Below are positions 63,188-64,000 of a stretch of DNA of 64,000 nt, one piece after another. The notes under the pieces were generated by a model. It did not search any database. It had not been told where the DNA came from and was given only the letters and a program-made list of their open reading frames with translations. This stretch comes from Myxococcota bacterium (GTDB lineage Bacteria; Myxococcota_A; UBA9160; UBA6930). The position numbers and the translations under genes were made by a program. Positions within the stretch are counted from its first letter, which is position 1. Every line of letters starts with the position of its first letter. Location of the stretch: positions 608,001-672,000 of the forward strand of contig OZ245002.1 of assembly GCA_965223415.1 (NCBI GenBank), read 5' to 3'.

Positions 63188-63901
63188 ATGGCCCGACGCA
63201 ATCGTGTGCATCCCCTGAACGCCATGCGCGCCATGCGCGATCTCCGCGCCGATCCGGACGACACGGCGGCTGCGATCCGGGTGATCGCCGCCCTCGCGGG
63301 AAGCTCCGGGAAGCGGGCCTTCCGGCGCTTCCGGCGCTCCCCTCGCGGCGCCCAGATCCTCCGGGCGCAGCAGGATCTCTACGGCGTGCTCACGGACACG
63401 GAGCGATTGAAGGCGATGCCCTCCAGCTCCCTCGGACGGACGATCATCGACTGGTTCGAGCACGAGAACATCAGCACGGAAGGGCTGGCGAAGGCCAGTG
63501 TCGCCGCGCGGGGCGGCACGGACCCGGACGTCAGTGCGGACGAGCAGACCTACGGCTCGCGCATGCGCAACCTCCACGACGTGTTCCACGTCCTGACCGG
63601 ATACGATCGCGACCTGCGGGGCGAAGCGGCGGTGCTCGCCTTCACGATCGGCCAGGCCTACAACCGGGGTATCGCCTACCTCGTGTGGAACGCGATGCGC
63701 GCCGAGGGCTGGAGCTCGCCGGGCGGCCGGCTGATCCGCGACGGCTACCGGCGCGGGAGGCGCGCGGAGCGCCTGGTGGAGCAGGACTGGGAGGCCCTCT
63801 TCGAGCGACCGATCGACGAGGTGAGGGAGGAGCTGGGCGTCGGACCGCCCCCGGTCTACGAGCAGCTCCGCTCGGCCAGGGCTCCTGCACTGAGCGCCTG
63901 A
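63188..63901 (+). CDS. Coq4-family protein
   Basis: LKAMPSSSLGR, RNLHDVFHVLTGY..D..GE (HDxxH..E). Confidence 0.85.
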   Translation: MARRNRVHPLNAMRAMRDLRADPDDTAAAIRVIAALAGSSGKRAFRRFRRSPRGAQILRAQQDLYGVLTDTERLKAMPSSSLGRTIIDWFEHENISTEGLAKASVAARGGTDPDVSADEQTYGSRMRNLHDVFHVLTGYDRDLRGEAAVLAFTIGQAYNRGIAYLVWNAMRAEGWSSPGGRLIRDGYRRGRRAERLVEQDWEALFERPIDEVREELGVGPPPVYEQLRSARAPALSA

Positions 63902-64000
63902 CGATCCAGGCCGCGGCGGCGGGACCTGCACACGATCCGACGACCTAACGATCGATGAGATCATCCTCGTAGCGGAGGGCGCTGCGCAGGAAGAGCGCGT

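Noticed and set aside
63945..64000. 3' end of a minus-strand gene at the window edge
   Set aside because: Too short to identify.

Overview
High-GC, densely packed bacterial chromosome segment, most likely Myxococcota/deltaproteobacterial (inferred from a myxobacterial-type PilZ protein and the general gene content). From left to right it holds: (1) an IS5-family and an IS630-family element stacked in one CTAG that is the shared stop codon of a SnoaL gene and ssb; (2) a housekeeping block (ssb, PilZ, radC, ECF sigma/anti-sigma, moaC, lysophospholipase, lytic transglycosylase, PAS histidine kinase, lgt, TetR, MFS, ferredoxin, ETF-QO, ppa); (3) a complete Pho locus (phoB-phoR-porin-pstS-pstC-pstA-pstB-phoU) with visible Pho boxes; (4) sppA and a class II ribonucleotide reductase with tandem NrdR boxes; (5) a PurO-type IMP cyclohydrolase, npdG, hpt, a PQQ dehydrogenase and a cytochrome c/beta-propeller protein; (6) a secreted somatomedin-B/hydrolase protein with a membrane-anchored partner; (7) an orphan tmRNA 3' fragment resembling an att site; (8) an MBOAT/AlgX O-acylation trio; (9) an mddA-like, methyltransferase, STAND regulator and Coq4 cluster. 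Several genes have decayed by deletion (aquaporin, GH13, YciI, AraC), and many genes look leaderless. No rRNA, complete tRNA or CRISPR array was seen. All calls come from reading motifs by eye; no searches were run.
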